DNA of 64,000 nt from Actinopolymorphaceae bacterium (lineage in GTDB: Bacteria > Actinomycetota > Actinomycetes > Propionibacteriales > DAIQRJ01): contig DAIQRJ010000012.1 in assembly GCA_036786375.1 (NCBI GenBank), positions 12,267 to 76,266 on the forward strand. Reading direction: 5' to 3'. The position numbers and the translations under genes were made by a program. Below the pieces are notes generated by a model. It did no database searches, was not told the origin of the DNA, and saw only the letters and a list, made by a program, of their open reading frames with translations. Numbering within the stretch: the stretch's first letter is position 1; every line of letters begins with the position of its first letter. Positions 52,430-62,317 of this stretch are shown piece by piece.

Positions 52430-53197
52430 CTAGAAGACGGTGAAGCCGCCATCGATGGTGACGACCGATCCCGTCATGAAGCTGGATCCACTGCCGGCCA
52501 GGAAGACCGCTGCCGCACCGAGTTCCGGCGGCAGGCCGAAGCGCTTCATGGCGGCGGGGTCGACGCACCATTCCTTGAACTGGGGTTGGTCGACCGGCGA
52601 CATCTCGGTGAGGAAGTAGCCGGGCGCGATGGCGTTCACTCGGATGCCGCTCGGGGCCCACTCCGCGGCCAGCGCTTTCGTCAACTGGTGCACGGCGGCC
52701 TTCGACGCGAGGTAGGCGGGCTGCCACAGTGGGCGGTTGACGATGGTCGCCGACATCGAGCCCACGTTGATGATCGAGCCGCCGCCGCGCTCGGCCATCT
52801 GCCTGGCGACCGCCCGGCTGCAGAACCACAGCCCGTCGACGTTCGTGGCGAAGACCGACCGCCAGTCGGCGTCGTCGATCTCGAATGCCGGTGCGGGGAT
52901 GGAGATTCCCGCGTTGTTGAGCAGCACGTCGATGGGGCCGAGCGCGCCGGTGATCTCGGCGACGGCGCGGCCGACGTCAGCGACGTCGGTGACCTCGAGG
53001 TCGAGCCCGAACGCGGTGATGCCGAGATCGGTCAGCTCCTGCGCCGCGGCTTCGGCGGATGCCCTTGTCCTGCTGGTGATGGCGACGGCCGCCCCGGCCT
53101 CGCCGAGGGCCTGCGCCATCGCGCGTCCCAGGCCGCGGTTGCCGCCGGTGACGACGGCGACCTTCCCGCTGAGATCGAAGCTGTCGAGAACGGTCAT
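52430..53197 (-). CDS. SDR family oxidoreductase
   Basis: TGGNRGLG, LNNAG, YLASK, RVNAIAPG, GSVVTIDGG. Confidence 0.92.
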   Translation of the reverse strand: MTVLDSFDLSGKVAVVTGGNRGLGRAMAQALGEAGAAVAITSRTRASAEAAAQELTDLGITAFGLDLEVTDVADVGRAVAEITGALGPIDVLLNNAGISIPAPAFEIDDADWRSVFATNVDGLWFCSRAVARQMAERGGGSIINVGSMSATIVNRPLWQPAYLASKAAVHQLTKALAAEWAPSGIRVNAIAPGYFLTEMSPVDQPQFKEWCVDPAAMKRFGLPPELGAAAVFLAGSGSSFMTGSVVTIDGGFTVF

Positions 53198-53268
53198 ACG
53201 TGATCTCCCATGGAGTGTGATGGAGCCGGAGCCGAGTGGCGTGAGACGAACTGGGATCGGGCGGACGG

Positions 53269-54288
53269 TCAGAGCGGCTGCGGTTGCCCGGTGTCGAGGC
53301 TGCGGTGGACGGCTTCGATCGCGCGAGTGACGAGCAGCCCATACGACGCATCCGGGGCGTCCAGTTCGGCGCCGTCGCTCCAGGCGATGAAGTCGTCGGC
53401 CATGTCGATGGGGATGCCCCTCAGTCGCCCGTGCTGCTCGTACACGCCGAACTGGAGCCAGTTCACGCCGCTCGGGTCGTAGCGCGTGACGCCGCTGTCG
53501 GAGATCCCGAGGCGGAAGCTGCTGGTCTCGGTGTTGACCTCGTAGCGGAAGTCGAACACAGCCGGCGCCGTCATCGGCAGCACCCACTGCGAATTGAGCA
53601 CCACGATCGAGCCGTCCGACATCGCGAACGAGGCGGTGATCGCGTCCCAGGTGTCGACGCCGAGGCTCGGCAGGAGTCGCTTCGTCCCGCGGGCGAACAC
53701 GCTGGTCGGAGTGGCGTCGGAGAGCCACATCGTCAGGTCGAGGCTGTGCGGCATCAGGAACCAGGCCGGCGAACTGCGTGCGGCCCACGACAGCATCGTG
53801 GTCGGGACGAACAGCGTGTCATTCAGATCGGCCACCTGGTTGACGATCCGCCCGCCGGACTGGTCTGTCAGCTGCCGGCGCACCTCGATGAACTTCTGGT
53901 TCCAGCGGTTCTCGAAGCCGACCATCACCCGTGCGCCGCCGGCAGCGACCGCTGTGACGATCGCCTCGGCGTCGGCGCCGCTCGTCGCCAGCGGCTTCTC
54001 GACCAGCAGATCGAGGCCACGCTCGGCGCAGCGGATCGTCGGGTCCCGATGTGCGAAGTCCGGTGTGGCGATGATGGCCGCGGTCAGGTCGGGGTGCGCG
54101 TCGAGCATCGTGTCGAGGTCGGCGTACGCCGGCACGCCCAGCGCGTGCGCGTTTCGTTCGCGGACGGCATCGGCGGGTTCGCACATCGCCACCAGGGTTG
54201 CGCCCGGATGTTGTGCGACGGCGCGGGCGAACATCGAGCCGCGGATCCCGCCTCCGACGACGCCGACCCGGGGATGACTGGAGGACAC
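53269..54288 (-). CDS. Gfo/Idh/MocA family oxidoreductase
   Basis: VGVVGGGIRG, IATPDFAH, LLVEKPLA, MVGFENRW, HSLDL. Confidence 0.9.
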   Translation of the reverse strand: MSSSHPRVGVVGGGIRGSMFARAVAQHPGATLVAMCEPADAVRERNAHALGVPAYADLDTMLDAHPDLTAAIIATPDFAHRDPTIRCAERGLDLLVEKPLATSGADAEAIVTAVAAGGARVMVGFENRWNQKFIEVRRQLTDQSGGRIVNQVADLNDTLFVPTTMLSWAARSSPAWFLMPHSLDLTMWLSDATPTSVFARGTKRLLPSLGVDTWDAITASFAMSDGSIVVLNSQWVLPMTAPAVFDFRYEVNTETSSFRLGISDSGVTRYDPSGVNWLQFGVYEQHGRLRGIPIDMADDFIAWSDGAELDAPDASYGLLVTRAIEAVHRSLDTGQPQPL

Positions 54289-54431
54289 CTGAGATACCGC
54301 CTGTTCAACGGGGGTGGGGACATCTGCGGATCGGTGGCGATGGAGGTCGTCGTCTGCCAGGCCAAGTTAGTAGTCTCAACCTACATACCTCGTCTCGAGG
54401 GCGTCAACCAGCCCCGCGAAAGGAGTCGACG

Positions 54432-55622
54432 ATGGCCGAGAGCGCTCCGACGACGACGGCGCCGCGGCTGCTCGGTCCGACTGCCGTCGGGCAGACGAAC
54501 CGGCGGCGGGTGCTCGAGCTCCTGCACCAGAACGGTCCGTCCAGCCGTGCCCAGCTCGCGCGTGCGTTGAGTGTCAGCCGCGCCACCATCGCCACGATTG
54601 TCCAACCCTTCATCGACGATCGCACGCTGGTCGAGGGCGACCCGGTCGCGGCGTCGCCCGCCGGCGGTAAACCGGCGCGGCCGCTGTGGTTCAACTCCGA
54701 CGGCGTGGAGCTCGGCGCGATGCGGATCTCCGCGACCGCCGTCACCGTCGCGCGGATGGGCATGGACGGGACGATTCATCAGCAGGGGCACGGTGATCTC
54801 GATCCGGGCGCCCCGATCGACGAGGTCCGGACCTCGCTGCTCGAGCTGGCGTCGAGCTGCTTCGAGGATCGGCCGTTGCTCGGCATCGGGGTCGCCGCGT
54901 CCGGGATGGTGGACACCACCGAGGGCGTGATCATCTCCCTGCACCTGGCGCCGGTTCTCAACGGCTTCCCGCTGGCGGCCGTCCTGCGGCGTCGATTCGC
55001 AACACCGGTGAGCGTCGACCACCACCCACGCGTGCAGGCATTGGGGGACAGGTGGTTCGGCCACGGCCGCCACCAGCCCAGCTTCGCGTCGGTCTACACC
55101 GGCGAGGCGCTGGGCTTCGGCATCGTCTACGACGGCGAGATCGTCCGTGGCGTGGACGGGGCCGGCGGCGAGTACGGCCACACCGTCGTCGACATGAACG
55201 GCGACGAGTGCATGTGTGGTCGCCGGGGCTGCTGGGAGACGGTGGCGACGTCGGGCTGGCTGCGTCGGGAAGCGCTGCGGCTGGGTCTTCCCGGCGCGGC
55301 CGGCATCGACTGCGCCACGCTCACCGCGATGGCCGGGCAGCGTGTCCCAGCGGCTGCGGAGCTGCTCGACCGGTACGCACGGAACCTCGCCATCGGCATG
55401 GCGAACAACGAGCACATGCTCGGCTCGGGCGTCTACATCATGCACGGAGACGTCTGTGCCGGCGGGGAAGCGATGCGGGAACGGCTGCAGCGCTGGATGG
55501 TCGAATACAGCCCGCGGCGCGGTGTGGCACCGCAGGTGATCCTGGGGGACTTCGGCGACGAGATCACCCTTCTGGGCGGTGGCGGGCTGGTGTTGTCGAG
55601 CGTTCTCGCCACCGCTGTGTGA
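54432..55622 (+). CDS. ROK family transcriptional regulator
   Basis: NRRRVLELL..NGPSSRAQLAR HTH, GGEYGH, CMCGRRGCWE zinc motif. Confidence 0.9.
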   Translation: MAESAPTTTAPRLLGPTAVGQTNRRRVLELLHQNGPSSRAQLARALSVSRATIATIVQPFIDDRTLVEGDPVAASPAGGKPARPLWFNSDGVELGAMRISATAVTVARMGMDGTIHQQGHGDLDPGAPIDEVRTSLLELASSCFEDRPLLGIGVAASGMVDTTEGVIISLHLAPVLNGFPLAAVLRRRFATPVSVDHHPRVQALGDRWFGHGRHQPSFASVYTGEALGFGIVYDGEIVRGVDGAGGEYGHTVVDMNGDECMCGRRGCWETVATSGWLRREALRLGLPGAAGIDCATLTAMAGQRVPAAAELLDRYARNLAIGMANNEHMLGSGVYIMHGDVCAGGEAMRERLQRWMVEYSPRRGVAPQVILGDFGDEITLLGGGGLVLSSVLATAV

Positions 55623-55634
55623 GGCCGACGGCCG

Positions 55635-56099
55635 TCAGCCGGCCGCGCAGGGCACGTCCCCGGTCACTCGCGCCAGGATGCGGTCGGCGACGGTCCGAAG
55701 CTGACGCAACTGCTGCCTCGTCAGACTGTCGATCACGAGCGAACGTGCGGTCGCGACATGGCCCGGAGCTGCCGCGACCACCTTCGCCAGCCCGGCGTCG
55801 GTGAGGACCGCGTTCGTGTAGCGGCCGTCCACGGCATCGTTCTCGCGTTCGAGGAAGTGCTGGACTTCGAGCCGGCGGGCCACGTGCGACAGGCGTGACG
55901 GCGAGCCGTTCGTCACTGCCGCCAGTTCGCTCATGCGCATCCGCCGCTCGGGCTGCTCCGCCAGCAGCGCCAGCACCATGTATTCGAAGAAAGTCAGCCC
56001 GGCGTCACGCTGGAGCTGCGCGTCGAGTGCCGACGGCACCAGCGTCATCATGGCCCGCAACGACAGCCAGGTGGAGCGTTCCTCGGTGTCCAGCCACAT
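55635..56099 (-). CDS. MarR family transcriptional regulator
   Basis: LDAQLQRDAGLTFFEYMVL, RMSELA, SPSRLSHVARRLE, DGRYTNAVLTDAG. Confidence 0.9.
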   Translation of the reverse strand: MWLDTEERSTWLSLRAMMTLVPSALDAQLQRDAGLTFFEYMVLALLAEQPERRMRMSELAAVTNGSPSRLSHVARRLEVQHFLERENDAVDGRYTNAVLTDAGLAKVVAAAPGHVATARSLVIDSLTRQQLRQLRTVADRILARVTGDVPCAAG

Positions 56100-56493
56100 G
56101 GGCTCGATCGATGCCGGCGCTCCGGTGGATGCGTTCGATCGTTTGGCTGTTCTGGAGGGGGTCTCGCGGTGTCGTTCGCCGTCGCCTTCGTGGTCGCCGT
56201 TCCGGTCAACCGCGCGTTTGATCGCTCGTGGCAAGGGACCCACTCTGGATCCACGACCGATCAGGTGTTACCGATCTCCTGAGCCCCGACCCGTTACCGA
56301 TCCGACGAGCCTTCACACATGGCAGCATGATTCCCCAACGGCTGACGGGTACCAGTGCTCGTCAGCCGGGTCGTTCGATGGCATCGATGTCCCAGTACTG
56401 GGCCGTTGTCGGCTCGACCCGTTGTCCTGCTGCCGATCGGCTTCTACCGTCAGTGCTGAGGGGACGGTGCCAGCTTCGAAGGGGCGGTGCGCG

Positions 56494-57069
56494 ATGTCAG
56501 CCAAAGGACAACCTGATGTGATCCACGGCGTCCTACCGGCCCGCCCTGACGGCCTGCGCCCGACCTGGCGGAGCCGCCTGCGAACGCGAGCCGAGGTTCG
56601 CGACGCCGAGCAGGACCGTGCCTTCCGCGCCCGCATCGACGCGGCCCGCGTCGTCATCGCCGCCGCTTCAGACGTCGTCGCCGACGGGTGGATCCAGAAC
56701 GCCTGGTACCAGGTTCGCGACGAGACCGACGCTGTCCGCACCGTCACCGCACGCACCCTCGAGTTGCTCGAGCGCGGCCCTGTCGTCGCCGCATGTCTGG
56801 TCGGTGCTGTCGTGCAGACCGCAGGCGGACGGTACGCCGCGCACGACCAGGTCACGGGTGACTCGCTCGACCTGGTGTGGCACGCGGCGTTCGCCGACGA
56901 TCCGCGGTTCGGTGTCGGGTTCTGCCCACCACCGTCCGTCCGATCTCTGCGGGTGCTCGACCTGACGCGTTGGAACGATCGGCCGGGCCGTTGCATCGGC
57001 GAGGTCCTCGAACTCCTCGACGCCGCCGACGACCGGGCCATCGTCGAGGCGACGTACGCCCGGCGCTGA
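56494..57069 (+). CDS. Hypothetical protein, DUF6197-like
   Basis: GWIQNAW, CLVGAV and WNDRPGR...EVLELLD pattern, recalled from that family. Confidence 0.6.
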   Translation: MSAKGQPDVIHGVLPARPDGLRPTWRSRLRTRAEVRDAEQDRAFRARIDAARVVIAAASDVVADGWIQNAWYQVRDETDAVRTVTARTLELLERGPVVAACLVGAVVQTAGGRYAAHDQVTGDSLDLVWHAAFADDPRFGVGFCPPPSVRSLRVLDLTRWNDRPGRCIGEVLELLDAADDRAIVEATYARR

Positions 57070-57079
57070 CGTTTCCCGG

Positions 57080-57459
57080 ATGGCTCGATACGCCGGTGTG
57101 CTCGTCCTTCGCGGTGACGAGGTCTCGTCGTCACGCCGGATCGGCCACGGCTGATCGCCAACGTCCAGGTCGTCGGTCAGGACGGGTCGCTGCTCACCAC
57201 AGCCGGTAACCACGTCGCCGACGACGTGACCGGACCGTTCGTGATCGACGATCCCGACGGCAGCGTTCAGGAAGCTCGATGGTTCCCGCGTGCGGAGGCG
57301 GTCGAGCTTCTGCGCCAGGTGCCGTACCCGCCGATCGCGATAACGGCCGTCGCCTACCTGACGGGTGTCGTGGGTGCCGTCACGACGTGGGTGTTCACCC
57401 TTCCGGTCGATGCGGCCGACGGTGAATGGATCTGGACCTGTGAGCCGCAGGTGACCTGA
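57080..57459 (+). pseudogene. NUDIX-hydrolase-like remnant with internal deletion/frameshift
   Basis: MARYAGVLVLRGDEV start and DPDGSVQEARWF..EAVELL end are NUDIX-like, but the Nudix box is missing and the frames differ. Confidence 0.5.
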
Positions 57460-57566
57460 GCGAACGCTCACCGGCGCCGGCGGGTGCCGTCTGTGGCACG
57501 TCGGGCCATGATGTCTCGAGGGTTCAGCGCGAGCGGGCTGACGATGTCGAGCCGAGGAGATCTGCG

Positions 57567-58472
57567 ATGAAGGCTGTTCAGTTCGCCGAGTACGGCGGCC
57601 CCGAGGTGCTGAAGCTGGTCGAGGTCGACGAGCCGCATGCAGGAGCAGGTCAGGTGCGCATCGCTGTCCGCGCTGCCGGCGTGAACGGGATGGACTGGAA
57701 GATCCGCGCCGGCTACATGAGCGCGCAGATGCCGATCCCGCTGCCGTCCGGGACCGGAATCGATGCGGCGGGTGTTGTCGACGAGGTCGGCGACGGTGTC
57801 AGTGGTGTGGCGGTCGGCGACCCCGTCTTCGGGTCGGGCTCCGCGACGCTGGCCGAGTACGCGGTGCTCGCGAACTGGGCGACGAAGCCTGCTGAGCTGT
57901 CGTTCGAGGAGGCGGCAGGCTACCCGATTCCGGTCGAGACCTCGATCCGGATACTTGACCAGCTGGGCGTGCAGCCGGGCGAGACGTTGCTGGTGAGCGG
58001 AGCATCCGGGGGCGTCGGCTCCGCCACGCTCCAGATCGCACGCGATCGTGGGATCACCGTCATCGGAACGGCCAGCGAACGCAACCACGACTACCTCCGC
58101 TCGCTCGGTGCCATTCCCACGACCTACGGCGACGGCCTCGTCGAGCGGGTCGGTGCCCTTGCCCCGGACGGGATCGACGCCGCGCTCGACATCGCCGGCT
58201 CCGGCGTCATCCCCGAGCTGATCGAGCTCACCGGCGATCCATCGAAGGTGCTCTCGATCGCCGATTTCAGCGCACCGGAGCACGGTGCCCAGGTGCCGAT
58301 GTCGGGCACCGGCGCAGCGGCGGCTCTTGCCGAGGCGGCGCGGCTGTTCAGTGCCGGCAAGTTCAGCATCCCGGTTGAGAAGACGTTCCCCCTCGAGGCG
58401 GCAGCGCAGGCGCAGGCGGAGGGCGCGGCCGGACACGCCGCGGGCCGGATCGTGGTGACGGTCTCCTCTTAG
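57567..58472 (+). CDS. NADP-dependent oxidoreductase (MDR/quinone reductase family)
   Basis: EYGGPEVL, AAGVN..DWK, GIDAAGVVDEVG, GASGGVG, GRIVVTV. Confidence 0.92.
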   Translation: MKAVQFAEYGGPEVLKLVEVDEPHAGAGQVRIAVRAAGVNGMDWKIRAGYMSAQMPIPLPSGTGIDAAGVVDEVGDGVSGVAVGDPVFGSGSATLAEYAVLANWATKPAELSFEEAAGYPIPVETSIRILDQLGVQPGETLLVSGASGGVGSATLQIARDRGITVIGTASERNHDYLRSLGAIPTTYGDGLVERVGALAPDGIDAALDIAGSGVIPELIELTGDPSKVLSIADFSAPEHGAQVPMSGTGAAAALAEAARLFSAGKFSIPVEKTFPLEAAAQAQAEGAAGHAAGRIVVTVSS

Positions 58473-58495
58473 AACGCCCTCGCTGGCTCGCTGTG

Positions 58496-58989
58496 GGTGA
58501 GCCGGTCGTCGTGGGTTCGGTGGCGCTCGACGTGGTCGTGCGCCCCGACATCGACATCGAGGTCTACGCGGACGAGCTGTCGCCGACGGCAGGTTTCGAC
58601 GTCATGGTCCCGCTGTCCGAACTCCCGCACGTGCGGCGAATCCGCTATCTCGATGCGCGCGACTCGCAGATGTCAGGCCTGTACTGGAAGGTCGAGTACG
58701 AGGTTCCCGGTGGCGAGCGATGGAGCATCGACAACTGGGTGTTCCCTCGTTCCGAAGCGAGCATTCGGCCGTCCACGGCGCTCATCCATGCCGTCATCGA
58801 CGAGGACGGCGATGTCCGTGACGCGATCCTTGCCATCAAGGAAGCTGCGGTCGAGCGGGCGAGCGCGCCCACGGTCGGTGGGTGTACGAGGCGGTCCTGG
58901 ACGCCGGCGTCCGCTCCTATCCCGAATACCTTGACTGGCTTGGAGATCGCGACGTGTGGGAGCGGAGCGAGTGGACGCCGGCCCGTTGA
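58496..58989 (+). pseudogene. Nucleotidyltransferase-like (pol-beta fold) remnant, 5'-truncated, frameshift near 58860
   Basis: VGSVALDVVVRPDIDIEV (GS..DxD motif). Adding one G at gagcgggcgag restores GERAHGRWVYEAVLDAGVRSYPEYLDWL to a TGA at 58987. Confidence 0.55.
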
Positions 58990-59011
58990 GGCAGCAGCCC
59001 GAAGTCAGTGG

Positions 59012-59287
59012 CTACGTTCGGTCCTCAACCGTCGGCGTCCGTGCACTGATCCGTCGCCAGTCGATCGTCGTGACGGCGACGAGCGCGACGAAGACGACGC
59101 CGAGGCAGCCGACGATGAGCCATTCGACGGTGCCGTTGCCGTTGTCGGGATCGACACCGAACACCGCCTCGATCCAGTCCGGCACCACGAGCGTCAGGAT
59201 CAGCAGGAATCCGCAGACGCCGGCGAGGATGCCCTGGATCCGCAGGTGTCGTGGAATCTGTCGTCGATTCCGGTTGAGGTCGGTCAT
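59012..59287 (-). CDS. Small two-TM membrane protein
   Basis: Two hydrophobic helices around DWIEAVFGVDPDNGNGTVEW; ATGA overlap with the upstream large gene. Confidence 0.7.
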   Translation of the reverse strand: MTDLNRNRRQIPRHLRIQGILAGVCGFLLILTLVVPDWIEAVFGVDPDNGNGTVEWLIVGCLGVVFVALVAVTTIDWRRISARTPTVEDRT

Positions 59288-62190
59288 GGCGTCTCCTGCC
59301 TGATCTGCTGCGGTGATGGAGCGAGTCTTGTCATCGTCGCCGGCGCGGACAGGACCGCCCGGTCGAGTTTCGCGGCGGCAGCAGCATGCTCGACGGATGC
59401 GGCCACTACGGTGTGCACGGCTGTCGCCAGGGTCGCCGGCAGCTTCAGCGCTTTGCCGGCCGCGGCGAGCCGATCGGCAGCCTGGCTGACGAGGGCGGTG
59501 GCTTCCACGCTTGCTCGTTCGAGGTCGCGCACCGGCCACGATTGGGGCGACTCGCTGATGGTGGTGAGCGTGCCGAGTCCGCGGGCAAGTTGGTTGTGCA
59601 GTGCCTCGACATGCGCGAGCGCGGCGGCGGCGGACGGGTTGGTGCCGTCGGCGTCGTTCAGGCGTTCGCCGGTCTGCCAGATCGTGTTGTGAAGTGCGGC
59701 GACGCTGCCGACGAGGGTCGCGCCGGCGGCCCGCGCTGCGCGTTCGAGTTCGGGGTCGATCGGGCCGACCGGGTGGAGGCCACCATGGGTCAGGTTGTAG
59801 AGACGTCCGTCAGCGAGGCTGCCGATGAGGTGGTTGTAGGTCAGGCCCGGGCCACTGCCGCGACCGGGCTGCTTCGGTGGTTGGGGTCGGTACCAGGTCG
59901 CCTTCCACGCCGACCGTCCCCACGTTCCCGCGAACAGTGCGATACCGCCGTTGTCGTACCGGGCAAAGCGAAGGTGGCCGAGGTGGGCGCGACGCGGAAG
60001 CCCGACCGACATGTCGTGCCAGGGCTGGCCGACGCCGTTCGCAACGTAGATCTTGTCGTCGGTGGACGCGTACAGAACGCCCCAAGGATCGGCCTCGAGG
60101 CCGAAGATCGGGACGTTGTCGAGTCCGGTGCCCGGTCCGCTGAGCCGGGTCCAGGTGCCCGCAACCGGGTCGAAGTGGAGAACCTGGCCGAGAGTGCAGC
60201 CGCCCGTGTACGGGGATTCGTTGTAGGCGACGAGAAGCGAGCCGTCGGGCAGGACGACGATGCGTGTCACGGTGCCGCTCACATCCGGCTGGCCGGCGAC
60301 GAGTGTGGGCATCGCGGCCAGGTCGGTTGGTGTCCAACCGCGTTCGCTCAGATCAAGCCGGAAGACGTGCGGTGGGGTTGTGCCGACGTAGAGGGCGGCG
60401 TCGTCGGCCGCTCCCGCGCTCCAGAAGGCGACGTCCGCGGGGAGCGACGCGAGCCGTGCCCAGATCGAATCTGAACCGTCAGGATTGTTGTAGCGAAGGC
60501 CGAACACGGTTGTCTGGTCCGGCCCGTTGCCACCGAGTGCCATCACCGGAGGGCCGGCGTGGCCCGGGTGAGCGACGGCTTCGGTGATGGAATCGGGCAG
60601 TCCCGCGGGGTTGCCGGTGTCGTTGCCGCTCCCGTCGATGACCGTCGCGAGGGTGCCGTCTGGCTTGGGGTAGCGGGGGAGTCGCGGGTCGGAATAGCCC
60701 GTGGACGTTGACAAGTAGAGCTCGGCGCCGCCGCCCTGAGCAACGCTGAGCACATTGTCGTCGCTCAGCACGATCGCCACTGCGCCGTCGCCGTAGCCGA
60801 TGGTGCGCCATGGTCCACTGCCCGAGCCCCACACGATGCCGTTGTCCTGCAGGCCGGCAACGAGCCGGCCCGCCTGGACCGGGCTGACGCTCATGCCCCC
60901 GTAGCCGTTGTGACACGGCACGCTGGCGAACTGCAGATCGGCGAGCGAGCGATTCCAGCTGCTGGAGAAGGTGCGGCCGAGGTCGGTGCTGCTGGCCAGG
61001 CCGCCGTCGGATCCGATGAACAGCGTGTTTCCGGTCGGATCGCGCGGATCGAAGTAGAGCGCGTGCAGGTCCTTGTGCAGATTCACGATGTTGCCACTCC
61101 ACCGTCGGTACGTGACGCCGGCGTCCGTGCTGACCAGAATCCCGTTCTGCCAACCGATCATGAGGATTCGCGCATCGACCGGGTTCACGGCGATGCAGTT
61201 GTTGTACGAGCCCTGGCTGCCACCGGAGGCAGCCAACGTCGTCGGGTCGGGCTCACCCTCGTTGCCGCCGACAACACTGCCGTCGACCTGCGTCCACGAC
61301 GCACCGGCATCCGCGGAGGAGAACACACCAGCGATGGGACCGCCGCCGCCCGCTGCGACACACCACAGGCGAGTCGGTTGGCCGGTGCAGATTGCCAAAG
61401 ACGATCGTCCAGCGCCGGCGAGACCGCGGTACGCCTGCGTCATGACCAGCGCACCGCGGCTGTCCCACGCGCCGGTCCAGATCGTCGCTCCGGCCCCGGC
61501 CGACACGACAGGCCGCCCGTTCGCGATGACCACCGACGTGCAGCCCACCGTCCCCGTCATGCCACCTGGCCACTGCGCCGCCTGCCAGCTGTAGGCCCGG
61601 GAGTTCAACGGCGTACCGGGTAAGGGGATTGCCGACCACCAGACGCCGCTCGTGGTGGCGGCGACGATGCGTCGGCCGTCCGCGATCCCAATGCCGTAGA
61701 CACTTCCGAAGCCGACACTGTCCAGGATGGGTGCCCACGAACCGGGGGAGTTCGGCGCGGCTTCGTACACGACCGGCATGCCGGTGTAGACCAGCGGGAG
61801 CGATTCCGACAGCGATCGACAGCCCGCATAGGCGTGGCCGTCGCCGTCGGGTCCGGCCGTCAGACACAACACGTCCGGGTTGTCCCAGTCGTCGCTCAGC
61901 GGATAGGCACGCACGTTGTCGACGCCGGGAGTCGGAGCCAGGTGCCAGACACCCCCCGTATCGGTGCCGACGAGCACGTCGCGCGCGCCGAGAGCGATGA
62001 CCGCGTTGACATGCCCGCCGATGTGGACGGACCCGGTTCCGCCTGGGTCCGCGCTCGGCGCGATGCCGCGCGTGTTGTAAGGCGTCCAGCCGATCACCGC
62101 GGGCGGCACACTCGGTCGCGACCACCGTGGCTGGACGGGTCGCGGGACTGCTCTCGTTCGTGCCGGACCGAACTTCGGAGTACGACTCAT
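59284..62190 (-). CDS. Large multi-bladed beta-propeller protein (BNR/Asp-box, VPS10/GH74-like) with helical C-terminal extension
   Basis: Asp-box-like repeats (SSADAGASW, STDAGVTY, STDLGRTF), GTDTGGVW, LHKDLHAL, GLQDNG, GTWGRSAW; AGAGAAGG RBS. Confidence 0.7.
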   Translation of the reverse strand: MSRTPKFGPARTRAVPRPVQPRWSRPSVPPAVIGWTPYNTRGIAPSADPGGTGSVHIGGHVNAVIALGARDVLVGTDTGGVWHLAPTPGVDNVRAYPLSDDWDNPDVLCLTAGPDGDGHAYAGCRSLSESLPLVYTGMPVVYEAAPNSPGSWAPILDSVGFGSVYGIGIADGRRIVAATTSGVWWSAIPLPGTPLNSRAYSWQAAQWPGGMTGTVGCTSVVIANGRPVVSAGAGATIWTGAWDSRGALVMTQAYRGLAGAGRSSLAICTGQPTRLWCVAAGGGGPIAGVFSSADAGASWTQVDGSVVGGNEGEPDPTTLAASGGSQGSYNNCIAVNPVDARILMIGWQNGILVSTDAGVTYRRWSGNIVNLHKDLHALYFDPRDPTGNTLFIGSDGGLASSTDLGRTFSSSWNRSLADLQFASVPCHNGYGGMSVSPVQAGRLVAGLQDNGIVWGSGSGPWRTIGYGDGAVAIVLSDDNVLSVAQGGGAELYLSTSTGYSDPRLPRYPKPDGTLATVIDGSGNDTGNPAGLPDSITEAVAHPGHAGPPVMALGGNGPDQTTVFGLRYNNPDGSDSIWARLASLPADVAFWSAGAADDAALYVGTTPPHVFRLDLSERGWTPTDLAAMPTLVAGQPDVSGTVTRIVVLPDGSLLVAYNESPYTGGCTLGQVLHFDPVAGTWTRLSGPGTGLDNVPIFGLEADPWGVLYASTDDKIYVANGVGQPWHDMSVGLPRRAHLGHLRFARYDNGGIALFAGTWGRSAWKATWYRPQPPKQPGRGSGPGLTYNHLIGSLADGRLYNLTHGGLHPVGPIDPELERAARAAGATLVGSVAALHNTIWQTGERLNDADGTNPSAAAALAHVEALHNQLARGLGTLTTISESPQSWPVRDLERASVEATALVSQAADRLAAAGKALKLPATLATAVHTVVAASVEHAAAAAKLDRAVLSAPATMTRLAPSPQQIRQETP

Positions 62191-62317
62191 CGCGGTCGCG
62201 CCTTCTCTGGCCTCGGCATGAGGATGCTGAACGCCACCAGCGATTGTGAGCTTGACATCGCTGCAGCGCTAGAGGATGAACCATGCCAAACCGACCCGAT
62301 CGTCGTTGCCGACGGCG

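Noticed and set aside
62230-62300. TTGACA with a GCTGCAGC dyad as a promoter for ORF 62283-62561
   Set aside because: No properly spaced -10 element, and the downstream ORF is antisense to the methyltransferase and not protein-like.
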